From Candidatus Hermodarchaeum yapensis (GTDB lineage: Archaea > Asgardarchaeota > Hermodarchaeia > Hermodarchaeales > Hermodarchaeaceae): a stretch of DNA of 46,623 bases. The DNA is taken from the NCBI GenBank assembly GCA_016840405.1, contig JAEOSK010000021.1, positions 1-46,623 of the forward strand, read 5' to 3'. The translations under genes were made by a program, and so were the position numbers. Below the pieces are notes generated by a model. It was not told where the DNA came from and did not search any database. It saw nothing but the letters and a program-made list of their open reading frames with translations. Of this stretch, positions 10,158 through 19,887 are shown one piece after another. The first letter of the stretch is position 1. Each line of letters opens with the position of its first letter.

Positions 10158-10961
10158 ATGAGGAAACCGGTAATGACAAAGACTATCCTTCTGAAAAAGG
10201 AGCCAAAAAAGAAACTGGCTTGGTTAACATTAAACCGACCAGACAAGTTGAACGCAATAAATGAGGACCTTACCCGTGAACTTCAAAAAACCCTTCAGAT
10301 TGTTGAAGAAGACAAAGAAATTCGAGTTCTTATCATAACTGGTGCAGGGGAGAAAGCCTTCTCTGCAGGAGCGGATCTCTCTGTATTTATGAGTGGAGTC
10401 ACTCCAGACTTTGCACAATATATTGCAGCAAAGGGTCATGAAATTCTAGCAATGATAGACAAACTACCACAACCGGTGATTGCAGCAATTAACGGGTATG
10501 CATACGGTGGTGGATGTGAAATTGCTCTTGCCAGTGATTTTCGCCTGGCTGCGAAGCGAGCTAAAATTGGTCTCACTGAAGTGAATTTGTCTTTAATTCC
10601 AGCCTGGGGCGGCACCCAACGATTGCCTCGAATTATCGGCCTACAGAAGGCTCGTGAGGCGATCATGTTTGGAAAACGCTTCACTGCTGAGGAAGCCTTA
10701 GAAATGGGATTGGTTGACCGTGTATTTCCAAACGACTCGTTTGAAAAAGACGTCCGTGAATTTGCTCAATTGCTCGCTGAACAATCACCCATCGCGTTGA
10801 AACTGGTGAAGCAATGTTTGAATTATGGAACGCAGGTTCCTCTTGAGATAGGTCTTGCCTATGAAGCACAGGCCTTTGCAAAGACCTTTTCAACCAAGGA
10901 TCTGTTTGAAGGCATAACCGCGTTCTTACAGAAACGTAAACCCGAATACAAAGGAGAGTAA
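10158..10961 (+). CDS. Enoyl-CoA hydratase/isomerase (start may be ATG 10173)
   Basis: AFSAGADL, INGYAYGGGCEI and TEVNLSLIPAWGGTQRL motifs. Confidence 0.93.
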   Translation: MRKPVMTKTILLKKEPKKKLAWLTLNRPDKLNAINEDLTRELQKTLQIVEEDKEIRVLIITGAGEKAFSAGADLSVFMSGVTPDFAQYIAAKGHEILAMIDKLPQPVIAAINGYAYGGGCEIALASDFRLAAKRAKIGLTEVNLSLIPAWGGTQRLPRIIGLQKAREAIMFGKRFTAEEALEMGLVDRVFPNDSFEKDVREFAQLLAEQSPIALKLVKQCLNYGTQVPLEIGLAYEAQAFAKTFSTKDLFEGITAFLQKRKPEYKGE

Positions 10962-10985
10962 AGACGAAAATAAGGTGAATATGAG

Positions 10986-12155
10986 ATGAAAGAACTTCGT
11001 GAAACTGTTATCGTAGATGCAATTCGAACACCCATCGGTAGGAAAGACCGTGCTTTTGCACATACCCGACCCGACGAACTCGCCTCCCATGTGTTGCAAG
11101 AAATCACCAAGCGAACCAAAGTGAACCCAAAAGACGTTGATGACGTATTGATGGGATGCAATACACAAACTTCATGGCAAGGCGCAAATATTGGTCGGCT
11201 AGCCCTCCTCGGTGCAGACTTCCCCTATACTGTTCCAGGAGCCACGATTAACCGAGCGTGTGGTTCTTCGCAGCAAGCCGTAAACTTCGCAACCCAATCC
11301 ATTGGTACATATAATGCGGATATTGTCATTGCAGCTGGCGTAGAACACATGAGCTGGCTACCAATTGGTGCTGACTTCGGTGAAGGCTATGCTGTCTTCA
11401 ATCCAGAACTCATTAAGAAATATTCATTCATTCCAATGCCCATGTCAGCAGAGCGCATGGCAGAAAAATATGAGATTTCTCGCGAAGACCTGGACAAATT
11501 TGCGTTATGGAGCCATCAGAAAGCTGTAGCAGCCTGGGATGCTGGTAAATTTGCCAACGAAGTGGTTCCCATTGAAGCCCGTCAAGAAGATGGCAGCTTC
11601 AAGCTCATAGAAAAGGATGAAAGCCCAAGACCGACTACGTCTATGGAGAAACTGGCAAAACTTCCTCCAATGTTTGGAGGAAAAATTACGGCGGGTAACT
11701 GCTGCCCGATTAATGATGGAGCTGCAGCTGTGATGCTCATGTCACGTGAAAAAGCAGACGAACATGGACTCAAACCCAGGGCCATTGTGAAAGCCCAAGC
11801 CGTTGTCGGAACAGAACCAGTAGTATGCCTTGAAGGTCCCATTTTTTCAACACCTCCTTGTCTAGAACGGGCTAATCTCACCATTGATGACCTCCAAGCC
11901 ATCGAAGTGAACGAGGCGTTTTCAAGCGTGGTGATTGCAGCAGGCAAAATGCTTGGATTTGATCCACTCACCGACCCACGGCTCAACGCCCATGGAGGCT
12001 CAATTGCGTTAGGACACCCACTCGGAGCGTCAGGTGCTCGCGTCATTACTACGCTGCTCAATGTATTAGAGCACAACAAAGGTCAATATGGGTTGGCTAC
12101 CTTTTGCTGTGGGTTAGGATTAGGCACCGCTACTATTATCGAGAGGGAGAACTAA
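10986..12155 (+). CDS. Acetyl-CoA C-acyltransferase (canonical thiolase)
   Basis: NRACGSS (nucleophile Cys), NEAF, GHPLGASG and FCCGLG motifs all intact. Confidence 0.95.
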   Translation: MKELRETVIVDAIRTPIGRKDRAFAHTRPDELASHVLQEITKRTKVNPKDVDDVLMGCNTQTSWQGANIGRLALLGADFPYTVPGATINRACGSSQQAVNFATQSIGTYNADIVIAAGVEHMSWLPIGADFGEGYAVFNPELIKKYSFIPMPMSAERMAEKYEISREDLDKFALWSHQKAVAAWDAGKFANEVVPIEARQEDGSFKLIEKDESPRPTTSMEKLAKLPPMFGGKITAGNCCPINDGAAAVMLMSREKADEHGLKPRAIVKAQAVVGTEPVVCLEGPIFSTPPCLERANLTIDDLQAIEVNEAFSSVVIAAGKMLGFDPLTDPRLNAHGGSIALGHPLGASGARVITTLLNVLEHNKGQYGLATFCCGLGLGTATIIEREN

Positions 12156-12193
12156 CTATCAGACGGCAAAAAATCCAAACAAACAATCTTGGA

Positions 12194-12883
12194 TTAGGTA
12201 TATTGCTTTAAGAGTCCGAGAATAAATTGGCGAACTGCGGATTTGCCTCGATATACGCCATAATGTCCTTCGCAGAGAATGTCAGCTTCTAAATCCTGAA
12301 CTAATTTTATGGAATTTCGCCATTGGGCGATATCACTTCCCCACGCTGCATTGAATGGACCATGGAGATCTTGTCCAAAGAGAATCCGTCGGTCACCATC
12401 GTTATAATACACGACAATACTACCGGGTGTATGCCCGGGGGTATAGAGGTAGTGGAGTGTTCCGTTTCCCACCGGCACTGTTCCTTTGATATTGGATAAG
12501 GTTACATCGATGGGTGTTGGTGTAATAGACATACCATATATGTCAGCAGCACTCCCAACTGAATCACCTTCACTGATGACTTTGGCAGCTTTTTCGTGTG
12601 CAGCAATCTTGCATTTCAGCCGTTTCTGAAGGGGTGCAGCGCCTCCTATGTGATCGGCGTGTTCATGGGTTAAGATGAGCAGCTCAATTTTCTTCGGGTT
12701 CAACTTGAGTTGCTTGATATTCATTAAAAGGCGATCAGTACTTCGACCGATACCAGCATCAATGAGGACAAGGTGCCCCTCAAGGTCGACCAGATAGATG
12801 AAACAATCATCTGGATCAGTGATGTTCGGTCCGCCAATGCAATATGTATTCCGGGTGATTCGAATAGGAGTAGCTTCCACCAA
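12194..12883 (-). CDS. MBL-fold metallohydrolase (glyoxalase II-like)
   Basis: LIDAG, THEHADHIGG, TPGHTPGS, LFGQD and CEGH motifs. Confidence 0.88.
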   Translation of the reverse strand: MVEATPIRITRNTYCIGGPNITDPDDCFIYLVDLEGHLVLIDAGIGRSTDRLLMNIKQLKLNPKKIELLILTHEHADHIGGAAPLQKRLKCKIAAHEKAAKVISEGDSVGSAADIYGMSITPTPIDVTLSNIKGTVPVGNGTLHYLYTPGHTPGSIVVYYNDGDRRILFGQDLHGPFNAAWGSDIAQWRNSIKLVQDLEADILCEGHYGVYRGKSAVRQFILGLLKQYT

Positions 12884-12996
12884 AGTAACCCTCGCTGAAT
12901 CTATGATTAGTGACAGGGATAGTATCTACAGTTCCAAGGTTATGAAGGGCAAAAAGGCTTTTCTAGCTTCAATACAGAAGAGACATCCGGTTTCAG

Positions 12997-13920
12997 TTGG
13001 TGGAAAAATTGCCATTTATCATGCAACCTCAATCGCTTTCAAAGCAAGTAGATTTGATCGATGTCCAGGGCTGGGATTTTCACCACACAACGGGAGTTTT
13101 ATTTATTCGCGGGCAGGATACTGCAATTATTGAAACAGGTCATCATAAGTGTGGAGAACAAATTCTAGCAACCCTACAAGAGCGTGCCCTGCCCTTGGAT
13201 AAAGTTCGATATGTTTGTGTGACTCATCGACATGGTGATCATTGTGGTGGCGCCACACCAATAGCAACTTCTCTTCCGGAAGTTACGGTTGTGGGGCATA
13301 AGTATGCGATTGGAACACTCCATGACCCACATCGGTTGAATGAAGGCGCGCGTCAGATCTTCGGGTCTTTCGCTCAAGATATTCAACCCCTACCTCCTGA
13401 TATTCCCACCCAAGAAGTTCAAGACGGGTCTCGACTTGACCTCGGCCGTGGTGTAGAACTGGAAGTCATTGGAACACCAGGACACACCTCTGATCATGTA
13501 GCGTATTTTGAGTTGGAGACTAGGACATTGTATACCGGTGATGCTACTGGTTTACTTGGTCCAGAGCGTTTTTCCGTGATGCCAACGTCATTTCCGCCGA
13601 GTTTCAAGTTTGACCTCTATAAATCATCCATTGAAAAATTACGGACCTATGACCCAGCATTTCTTGTTTTTTCACATTTTGGGGCGGTTACAGGGTCTGA
13701 CATTCCTGTCATTTTCGATCGCGCCCTTGCCACCCTTGACTCTTGGAAGGAAACCGTTGAACAAGCTTGGCAAAATCAACCATCCCAAACTGCTGTAAAG
13801 GAGGCAATTCAGCAGCGGTTCGCCGACGAGCTCGAGGTCTTTCCTCCCGCCGCGCGACCTTTGTTCATTAAAGTCATGGCTCAAGGCCTATTACAAAGTC
13901 TACAGCCAAAGAGTGCTTAA
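12997..13920 (+). CDS. MBL-fold metallohydrolase (start uncertain)
   Basis: THRHGDHCGG, TPGHTSDH, YTGDA and FSHFG motifs. Confidence 0.88.
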   Translation: MVEKLPFIMQPQSLSKQVDLIDVQGWDFHHTTGVLFIRGQDTAIIETGHHKCGEQILATLQERALPLDKVRYVCVTHRHGDHCGGATPIATSLPEVTVVGHKYAIGTLHDPHRLNEGARQIFGSFAQDIQPLPPDIPTQEVQDGSRLDLGRGVELEVIGTPGHTSDHVAYFELETRTLYTGDATGLLGPERFSVMPTSFPPSFKFDLYKSSIEKLRTYDPAFLVFSHFGAVTGSDIPVIFDRALATLDSWKETVEQAWQNQPSQTAVKEAIQQRFADELEVFPPAARPLFIKVMAQGLLQSLQPKSA

Positions 13921-13971
13921 TGTTATCATAATTGGTAAAACCGAAGCGCTCAAAACCAGTATAAACATAAA

Positions 13972-14271
13972 ATGCAATTCATGCCAGCACCACCGATAGC
14001 CATTGATCGAGCGATTTCTAATTTCAACCGACTTCGAAGTCCTGAAGCCCATGCTGAATTCATCGGCTTTGATAATAACGAACTATACGTCCGGTTCACT
14101 GGAGTGTTTTGTCAAACTTGTGGTGTCTTGGACTATTTTGAGGACCTAATCTTCGAACTTGACGATAAGTCACCGATTAGTCTAGCTGTGGTTGATTTTG
14201 AAGCAGAAGACGAACTGACTTACCAAGTACGATATCGAATTACCTACCAGAAGCCCAGTTGTGCCCGTTAG
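13972..14271 (+). CDS. Small CxxC protein, NifU C-terminal-like fold
   Basis: LYVRFTGVFCQTCG resembles the NifU-domain V.L.G.C..C pattern. Confidence 0.55.
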   Translation: MQFMPAPPIAIDRAISNFNRLRSPEAHAEFIGFDNNELYVRFTGVFCQTCGVLDYFEDLIFELDDKSPISLAVVDFEAEDELTYQVRYRITYQKPSCAR

Positions 14272-14333
14272 TGAACCTGAATCGGACTAAGATTCTGAGC
14301 GTGTGTATTCAGTTATTTTGGAATTAAGCACTG

Positions 14334-14804
14334 CTAGGCGGGTTGGAAGCACTTAATATCAGTGAGGGCACCGGTTCGTTTAGCTTTGTCTTTGAAGAGG
14401 GCTTTCACCTTCGTCCCAATTTTGAGTGATTCCGGTTTGATGTTACCAACCGTGTGGATAAGGCCGCCATCTGTTTGGTCAATTTTGATGAAGGCTAGCA
14501 CAAGGGGTTCGGGGAGGACTTCACCGTCCATATCAAAGTAGGTAATCGTATAGGATTCGATTATCCCTGTGAGTGGGACCTCCTTGTAGTTGGTTAGTTC
14601 AGCGAAACATTTGTCACAGTACATACGTGGAGGCATGTAAGTGATATTGCATTTGTCGCACCGGGTCGCAAGAAGCTTCCCGTCTTCGCGTAGAGCGAGG
14701 TAGAAGCGTTCCCCGGCAACACCGGCTGTGTAGACGTAATCACATTCCATGTGTCCAATTTGATGACGAAGTTTACGTGGATCACGGATTTTATCAAATG
14801 ACAT
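14334..14804 (-). CDS. DUF35 Zn-ribbon/OB-fold acyl-CoA-binding protein
   Basis: CDKC...PPRMYCDKC followed by an OB fold ending RTGALTDI. Confidence 0.92.
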   Translation of the reverse strand: MSFDKIRDPRKLRHQIGHMECDYVYTAGVAGERFYLALREDGKLLATRCDKCNITYMPPRMYCDKCFAELTNYKEVPLTGIIESYTITYFDMDGEVLPEPLVLAFIKIDQTDGGLIHTVGNIKPESLKIGTKVKALFKDKAKRTGALTDIKCFQPA

Positions 14805-14808
14805 ATTA

Positions 14809-15321
14809 TCAGTCCTCCAGTGGTTCCCAGAAGAGAATATCCGTCACAGAACCCTCCCGCTCTTCCGGAGGCTTCCAAACGGCTTTCACCTTCATACCAA
14901 CATCAATTTTGTCTGGAGCGACGTTCCCCAGTAGATGAAGAATGCCAACTCCCGGGCTCGCACCATCTATGTCAATTACGGCGACCAGAATTGGATCTTT
15001 GATACGATTCGCGTCAGCATCGAGGTAAGAAAGTGAGAAAGTGTTGATTGTTCCTGTATCTTTGACGTAAACCCATTCATCTGTCGCGACAAAACAATGT
15101 TCACAGAACATCCGTGGAGGGACAATGATGCGCTCACACCGACTACACCTACGGCCAATAATACGACCCGCTTTCAGCTCATCAAGGAATCGCCCATAGG
15201 CAATCCCAGCACTCCATGCGTATTTTGCGTTGGGTCGCCATTTGAAGGTGATGACTTTCTCTGATTTGAGCTCCTTTCCTGAAAGAGGCGTTCCGGGCAG
15301 TTCTTTCATGTTTTTACTCAT
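14809..15321 (-). CDS. DUF35 Zn-ribbon/OB-fold acyl-CoA-binding protein
   Basis: CSRC...PPRMFCEHC and REGSVTDI; start moved to ATG 15321, which follows a GGAGGG SD. Confidence 0.92.
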   Translation of the reverse strand: MSKNMKELPGTPLSGKELKSEKVITFKWRPNAKYAWSAGIAYGRFLDELKAGRIIGRRCSRCERIIVPPRMFCEHCFVATDEWVYVKDTGTINTFSLSYLDADANRIKDPILVAVIDIDGASPGVGILHLLGNVAPDKIDVGMKVKAVWKPPEEREGSVTDILFWEPLED

Positions 15322-15334
15322 CTTTTTCCCTCCT

Positions 15335-16504
15335 TTAACTATCCCTCTTAAAGACACAGACCGTGCCGACCTGCATTAAATCACCCCAGGCCTGGCAGAC
15401 ACCTGTCTCTGCCTTGGGGACTTGTCGTTTTCCAGCTTCATTACGAAGCTGCCAGAAGGCTTCACAGCATTTCATCAATCCTGCAGCAGCAATCGGATTC
15501 CCAACACCAAGCAATCCACCGGACGGACAGACAGGTAGATCACCATCCCGTGCAGTGACGCCTTCAACGGTTAACTTGGGAGCCTCACCTTTCTTGGCAA
15601 GTTGAAGCCCCTCCAGGTGGTGCAGCTCTTTGTAGGTGAAAGGATCGTACGGCTCTGCGAAGCTGACTTCTTTGGGTGGGTCATTGATTTTTGCCATTTT
15701 GTAGGCCATTTTTGCTGCTTCTTCGACATATTGAGGATAGTAAAGATCGCGATTGGTCCAGTAGGCACTGTCGAGTGCCCAGCCAACACCATCTAACCAG
15801 ACTGGTGCATCAGTGTATTTGCGTGCGACGTCTTCGGATGCGAGAATAAGGGCTGCGGCACCGTCACTAGGTGGGCTGATATCAAGGCGATTTACAGGGT
15901 AGACCATGATTTCAGAGTTGAGGACATCATCGACTGTGATTTTGGCACCGAGTTGAGCGCTGGGGTGGTCGAGAGCGTTGCCTTTGTTTTTGACCGCAAC
16001 TTGGGCGATGTGTTCTTTGGGGATGTTATGTACTTTCATATAGCGGTGCATTTCGAGGGCAAAGATCCAGACGAGGTTGGGGTTGAGTGGTCGACTGGTG
16101 ATTGGATCCCAGATGGTGCGGAAGGCAGTTTGTGGGTGGGGGAAGCAGGGGCTCATTTTTTCTTCGCAGACGACAAGGCAGGTGTCGTGCATGCCAGAGG
16201 CAACATGCCACCATCCGCCGATGGGTGAGAAAACGCCCGTGCCACCACCGACGTACACATGGGTGTAGGGTTTCTGGGTGGCGCCTGCACCGTCCAGGAG
16301 GTTTTCGGATTTCATGTGAATGCCATCAAAAGCATCGGGGGCGGTGCCCATGACAACACTGTCGATGTCATCACGTGTCATTTCAGCGGATTCGAGGGCC
16401 ATGTTGACTGCATGGAAGGAGAGTTCTTTACCTGATTCTTTGAGTCGTCGGCGGAATAGGGTGATTCCTGCACCAACAACAGCTACACGTTTCTTGATAT
16501 TCAT
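15335..16504 (-). CDS. Thiolase-fold (SCP-x type) protein lacking the catalytic Cys/His
   Basis: Thiolase fold (SPPSDGAAA, CPSGGLLG); YVGGGTG at the Cys position, YDPF, and GNPIAAAG in place of GHP. Confidence 0.88.
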   Translation of the reverse strand: MNIKKRVAVVGAGITLFRRRLKESGKELSFHAVNMALESAEMTRDDIDSVVMGTAPDAFDGIHMKSENLLDGAGATQKPYTHVYVGGGTGVFSPIGGWWHVASGMHDTCLVVCEEKMSPCFPHPQTAFRTIWDPITSRPLNPNLVWIFALEMHRYMKVHNIPKEHIAQVAVKNKGNALDHPSAQLGAKITVDDVLNSEIMVYPVNRLDISPPSDGAAALILASEDVARKYTDAPVWLDGVGWALDSAYWTNRDLYYPQYVEEAAKMAYKMAKINDPPKEVSFAEPYDPFTYKELHHLEGLQLAKKGEAPKLTVEGVTARDGDLPVCPSGGLLGVGNPIAAAGLMKCCEAFWQLRNEAGKRQVPKAETGVCQAWGDLMQVGTVCVFKRDS

Positions 16505-16520
16505 TTTTTCTTCCTCCTGA

Positions 16521-17672
16521 TTACAGTTCGTTGCTCAATACGGCTACACAGCCTGATGCCGTTGGGACGCTTCGCCAGCTTTGGGCGACGGCGGTTTTTG
16601 CATTCTTGATTTGTCGTTTTCCAGCGTGGCCACGAAGTTGTTGAACGCATTCTAAGACGGATTGAAGTGCAGAGGCTTCGAGGAGATTGCCTGCGCCTAG
16701 ACGTCCTCCTGAGACATTGACTGGGAATGAACCATCACAGTTGAATTCGCCAGCTTCTGCTAATTTTCCAGCTTTACCGGATTCGCAGATTTGTAAGGCT
16801 TCAAGGTGTTGTAATTCTTTGTAACTGAAGCAATCGTCAACTTCAGCGAAATCAATTTCCTTTCGTGGATTTTTGATTCCTGCTCGCTTGTATGCACGAT
16901 CGCGTGCGAGGTTTGTGTAACCTGCAGCACTCCAGTCACGGGCTTCGAGCCATGGTGTATCAGAATACCACCCCAGCCCTTTCAGCCAGATTGGATGATC
17001 TGCTAGTTCTTTTGCTTTCTTTTCCGAAGCTAGAACCATGACGATGCACCCATCAGCAAGGGGACTGATATCACGCTGGGTGAGTGGGTGAGAGACCATC
17101 GTTGAGTTGATGATCTCGTCAACTGTCATATCTGCAGGAAATGCGGCGAGGGGATTGTCCATAGCGTTGTGTTTATTTTTCACAACGACACTCGCGCATT
17201 GTTCCCGCGTTGTTTTGGTCGCATGCAGGTATCGTTGCATTTCTAATCCCGCGATGAAGTAAGGATGGGCGTTGAATGCACGATTATAGACAGGGTCTAA
17301 TGCATGGGACAAAATACCATCAAAGGTGAGCATATCCGAGGCTTTACTATGAGCCTCGACTGCCACCACATCAAATAATCCGGTTTCAATCTGCATCGCA
17401 CCATTACTTATGGCAAGCAGACCGTCACCTCCAATCGTACACACTGAACGGAGCACAGCACCGAGTTGGTCAGGAACGAACTCATCGAAAATAGAGTAGC
17501 CTTCCCAGTAGTCCTCTGCTGCAGTGAGAAAGCTACCGATGTCCTTACGGGCGTTGACGCCTGCATCAACATAGGCTTTAACGGCAGCTTCAAACATCTG
17601 CTCCTTGAAAGACATGGAGGCGGATACTGAATTAAATGATGTGTACCCAATACCGATTATTGCCACTGTCAC
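16521..17672 (-). CDS. Thiolase-fold (SCP-x type) protein, second subunit, degenerate active site
   Basis: SPLADG, EVDDCFSYKE and VNVSGGRLGAGN motifs; paralogous to the neighbouring gene. Confidence 0.88.
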   Translation of the reverse strand: MTVAIIGIGYTSFNSVSASMSFKEQMFEAAVKAYVDAGVNARKDIGSFLTAAEDYWEGYSIFDEFVPDQLGAVLRSVCTIGGDGLLAISNGAMQIETGLFDVVAVEAHSKASDMLTFDGILSHALDPVYNRAFNAHPYFIAGLEMQRYLHATKTTREQCASVVVKNKHNAMDNPLAAFPADMTVDEIINSTMVSHPLTQRDISPLADGCIVMVLASEKKAKELADHPIWLKGLGWYSDTPWLEARDWSAAGYTNLARDRAYKRAGIKNPRKEIDFAEVDDCFSYKELQHLEALQICESGKAGKLAEAGEFNCDGSFPVNVSGGRLGAGNLLEASALQSVLECVQQLRGHAGKRQIKNAKTAVAQSWRSVPTASGCVAVLSNEL

Positions 17673-17922
17673 AATGGATCACTCTTCACATTCTTTATTT
17701 CGTTGAAGCCTTTTTACGAATATTCGGGTTGAGGGTTGCGTTCTCTCTTTTCAAAAGTGTTATGGCTGGTTCTCATTTTCTTTGACTGAAATTTTTAGCA
17801 AATCTGTAAAACTAAGTTTCATCAGTTATCCCGTGGAGTCCTTACCGTTTTTCATTATCATCATCGTACCCGTAGCGCATATAAAGAGTTCAAATCCCGC
17901 GTAAAACCGGAGCAGACTAATC

Positions 17923-18198
17923 ATGTTTCGTGAATTCCGAGAAAATCATGAAACCATGAAGTCACCCAACGAAGACTTGGAAGAACAAAATGAAAGTGAA
18001 ACCCAAGAAATCCAGGAATCAACTGTTGACCATGAGCATACCCGGATGGCTATTACTGAGGCTCTCCATGAAATGGAAACGCAACTAATTTTTCCTAATG
18101 ACAAAATACTACGCGCTGCAGAGGACCCGGATTTCCGTCATAAACTTCTTTCAATCCATTCTCCTAACACTAATTCCATAGAAAAAGGAATTTTTTGA
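17923..18198 (+). CDS. Hypothetical acidic protein (91 aa)
   Basis: ORF with GGAG upstream and a TATA-like ATATAAAG near 17878; no recognisable motif. Confidence 0.5.
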   Translation: MFREFRENHETMKSPNEDLEEQNESETQEIQESTVDHEHTRMAITEALHEMETQLIFPNDKILRAAEDPDFRHKLLSIHSPNTNSIEKGIF

Positions 18199-18313
18199 CC
18201 CAACGCAAAACCCGACATTCAATGCAGAACCTTTAGGGAAGTCTTTGAGTTGTGTCTTAGCATTGAAATTTTTTCAATGGATATTCTACGAATGGTTGAG
18301 AGGTAATGGTAGG

Positions 18314-18529
18314 TTACTGACGCCTATGGAGGCTGATTCCGAGGAGAAAGAAACCGAGGAACCCGGACATCGCTATGTATGCAATAATTGACAAGTCAGG
18401 TCCTCCAGGTCGCACTCCTCCAAAGATAGCGAAACTTAGGGCCCAGAGGATGAAGACTCCGGCGATTCCGAGTATTAAAACATCAACAAATGCTTGAAGC
18501 GACGATTTTTCAGGTGCTGGTTCATTCAT
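18314..18529 (-). CDS. Small two-TM membrane protein (71 aa)
   Basis: From ATG 18529 (MNEPAPEK): two hydrophobic helices joined by a GGVRPGGP loop, with a basic C-terminus. Confidence 0.6.
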   Translation of the reverse strand: MNEPAPEKSSLQAFVDVLILGIAGVFILWALSFAIFGGVRPGGPDLSIIAYIAMSGFLGFFLLGISLHRRQ

Positions 18530-18719
18530 ACAGCTCGTTCCATAGTTTGTTCTCAATTGTATGGTTTGATTGAAAAAGTGTTGCTCAAAAGCCTTCCGGA
18601 CCGCAAAGATTTGAAATTCATAACTCACGTGAGAATAGTGGGGCTTATTTAACCTCAATCCAAACCCATAAAAGAAAACACCTCTTCCTTGAGACGATTA
18701 CTAGGTGAGGTTATCCTGT

Positions 18720-19790
18720 ATGGTTGATCCACGAATTGTTGAACATGCTCGGATTTTAGTTGATTACTCAACGAAAGTCAAAGCAGGTGATATGGTTATT
18801 CTGTTTGCGGATATTGACGCCCACGATTTAGCTGTGGAAATTGTCAAGAAAGTTGCTGAAAAAGGTGCATCTACTTTAACGTTGATGGGTTCTTCAGAAC
18901 TCTCCCGCGGTTATATGGATGCGGCTAGCGATGAGGCATTGGACTTGTTTCCCAAACCTCAAATGGAGGCCATTAAAGCCTCCGATGTGCTCATCAGCCT
19001 TAGTTCACCTTTAAATACCCGCGCCTTAGCGGGAGTTGATCCTAAACGGTTAATGCGTCGTTCTCAGACGACGAAGCCTATTTCAGATGAGGTTCTTAAG
19101 AAACGCTGGTGCGGAACAATTCATCCTAATCAGGCACTTGCTCAGGAAGGAAAAATGAGTCTAAGCGAGTACAAAGATTTTGTTTATGGAGCAGTGTTAC
19201 TAGACTGGGAGAAGGAAGCGAAGTTAATGCGAAAACTTCGCGACAAACTTCAAGCAAGTGACACAATCAGGTTCATCGGCAAAGAAACTGATTTGAAAGC
19301 CTCCACAAAAGATCGTCTCTGGGTTGCCGCCGAAGGCACTAACAACATGCCAAGTGGGGAGGTCTTCATAAGCCCGGTAGAAAAGTCCGTCGAAGGTCAG
19401 ATTTACTTTGATATTCCTTTCCTCTTTGCTGGAAAAGAAATCCAAGGAGTTCGTCTCGAATTCAAAGACGGAAAAGTCGTTAAACACTCAGCAGAACGGG
19501 GGGAAAAGGCACTCGATGCTCTGCTAGAAGTAGATGAAGGCGTTAAGTACCTTGGTGAAATGGCGATTGGAACCAACCGGGGAATTGAAAAGTATACATT
19601 GAACATGCTCTTTGACGAAAAAATCGGTGACACCATTCATTGTGCCTTAGGGATGGCCTATCCTGAATGTAAAGGCACCAACGAAAGTGCTGTCCACGTT
19701 GACATCATAAAATCCATGAAAGAAGAAGGAAAAATCCTTGCAGGTGACTTTGTCATCTACGAGAAGGGCAAATTCTTCTGGGAAAAATAA
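18720..19790 (+). CDS. Aminopeptidase, peptidase M29 (aminopeptidase T/AmpS family)
   Basis: NMPSGEVF, GEMAIG, LFDEKIGDTIHCALG and SAVHVD motifs; GGTGAGG SD before ATG 18720. Confidence 0.93.
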   Translation: MVDPRIVEHARILVDYSTKVKAGDMVILFADIDAHDLAVEIVKKVAEKGASTLTLMGSSELSRGYMDAASDEALDLFPKPQMEAIKASDVLISLSSPLNTRALAGVDPKRLMRRSQTTKPISDEVLKKRWCGTIHPNQALAQEGKMSLSEYKDFVYGAVLLDWEKEAKLMRKLRDKLQASDTIRFIGKETDLKASTKDRLWVAAEGTNNMPSGEVFISPVEKSVEGQIYFDIPFLFAGKEIQGVRLEFKDGKVVKHSAERGEKALDALLEVDEGVKYLGEMAIGTNRGIEKYTLNMLFDEKIGDTIHCALGMAYPECKGTNESAVHVDIIKSMKEEGKILAGDFVIYEKGKFFWEK

Positions 19791-19887
19791 CAGTGAACAG
19801 GGAAAAATGCAACCTCGCGTTCCTCATGAAAAACGCTGTGGATGAGTTCGCTTTTTATGGCAACACCGTCCCATTTTATTTGATTCT

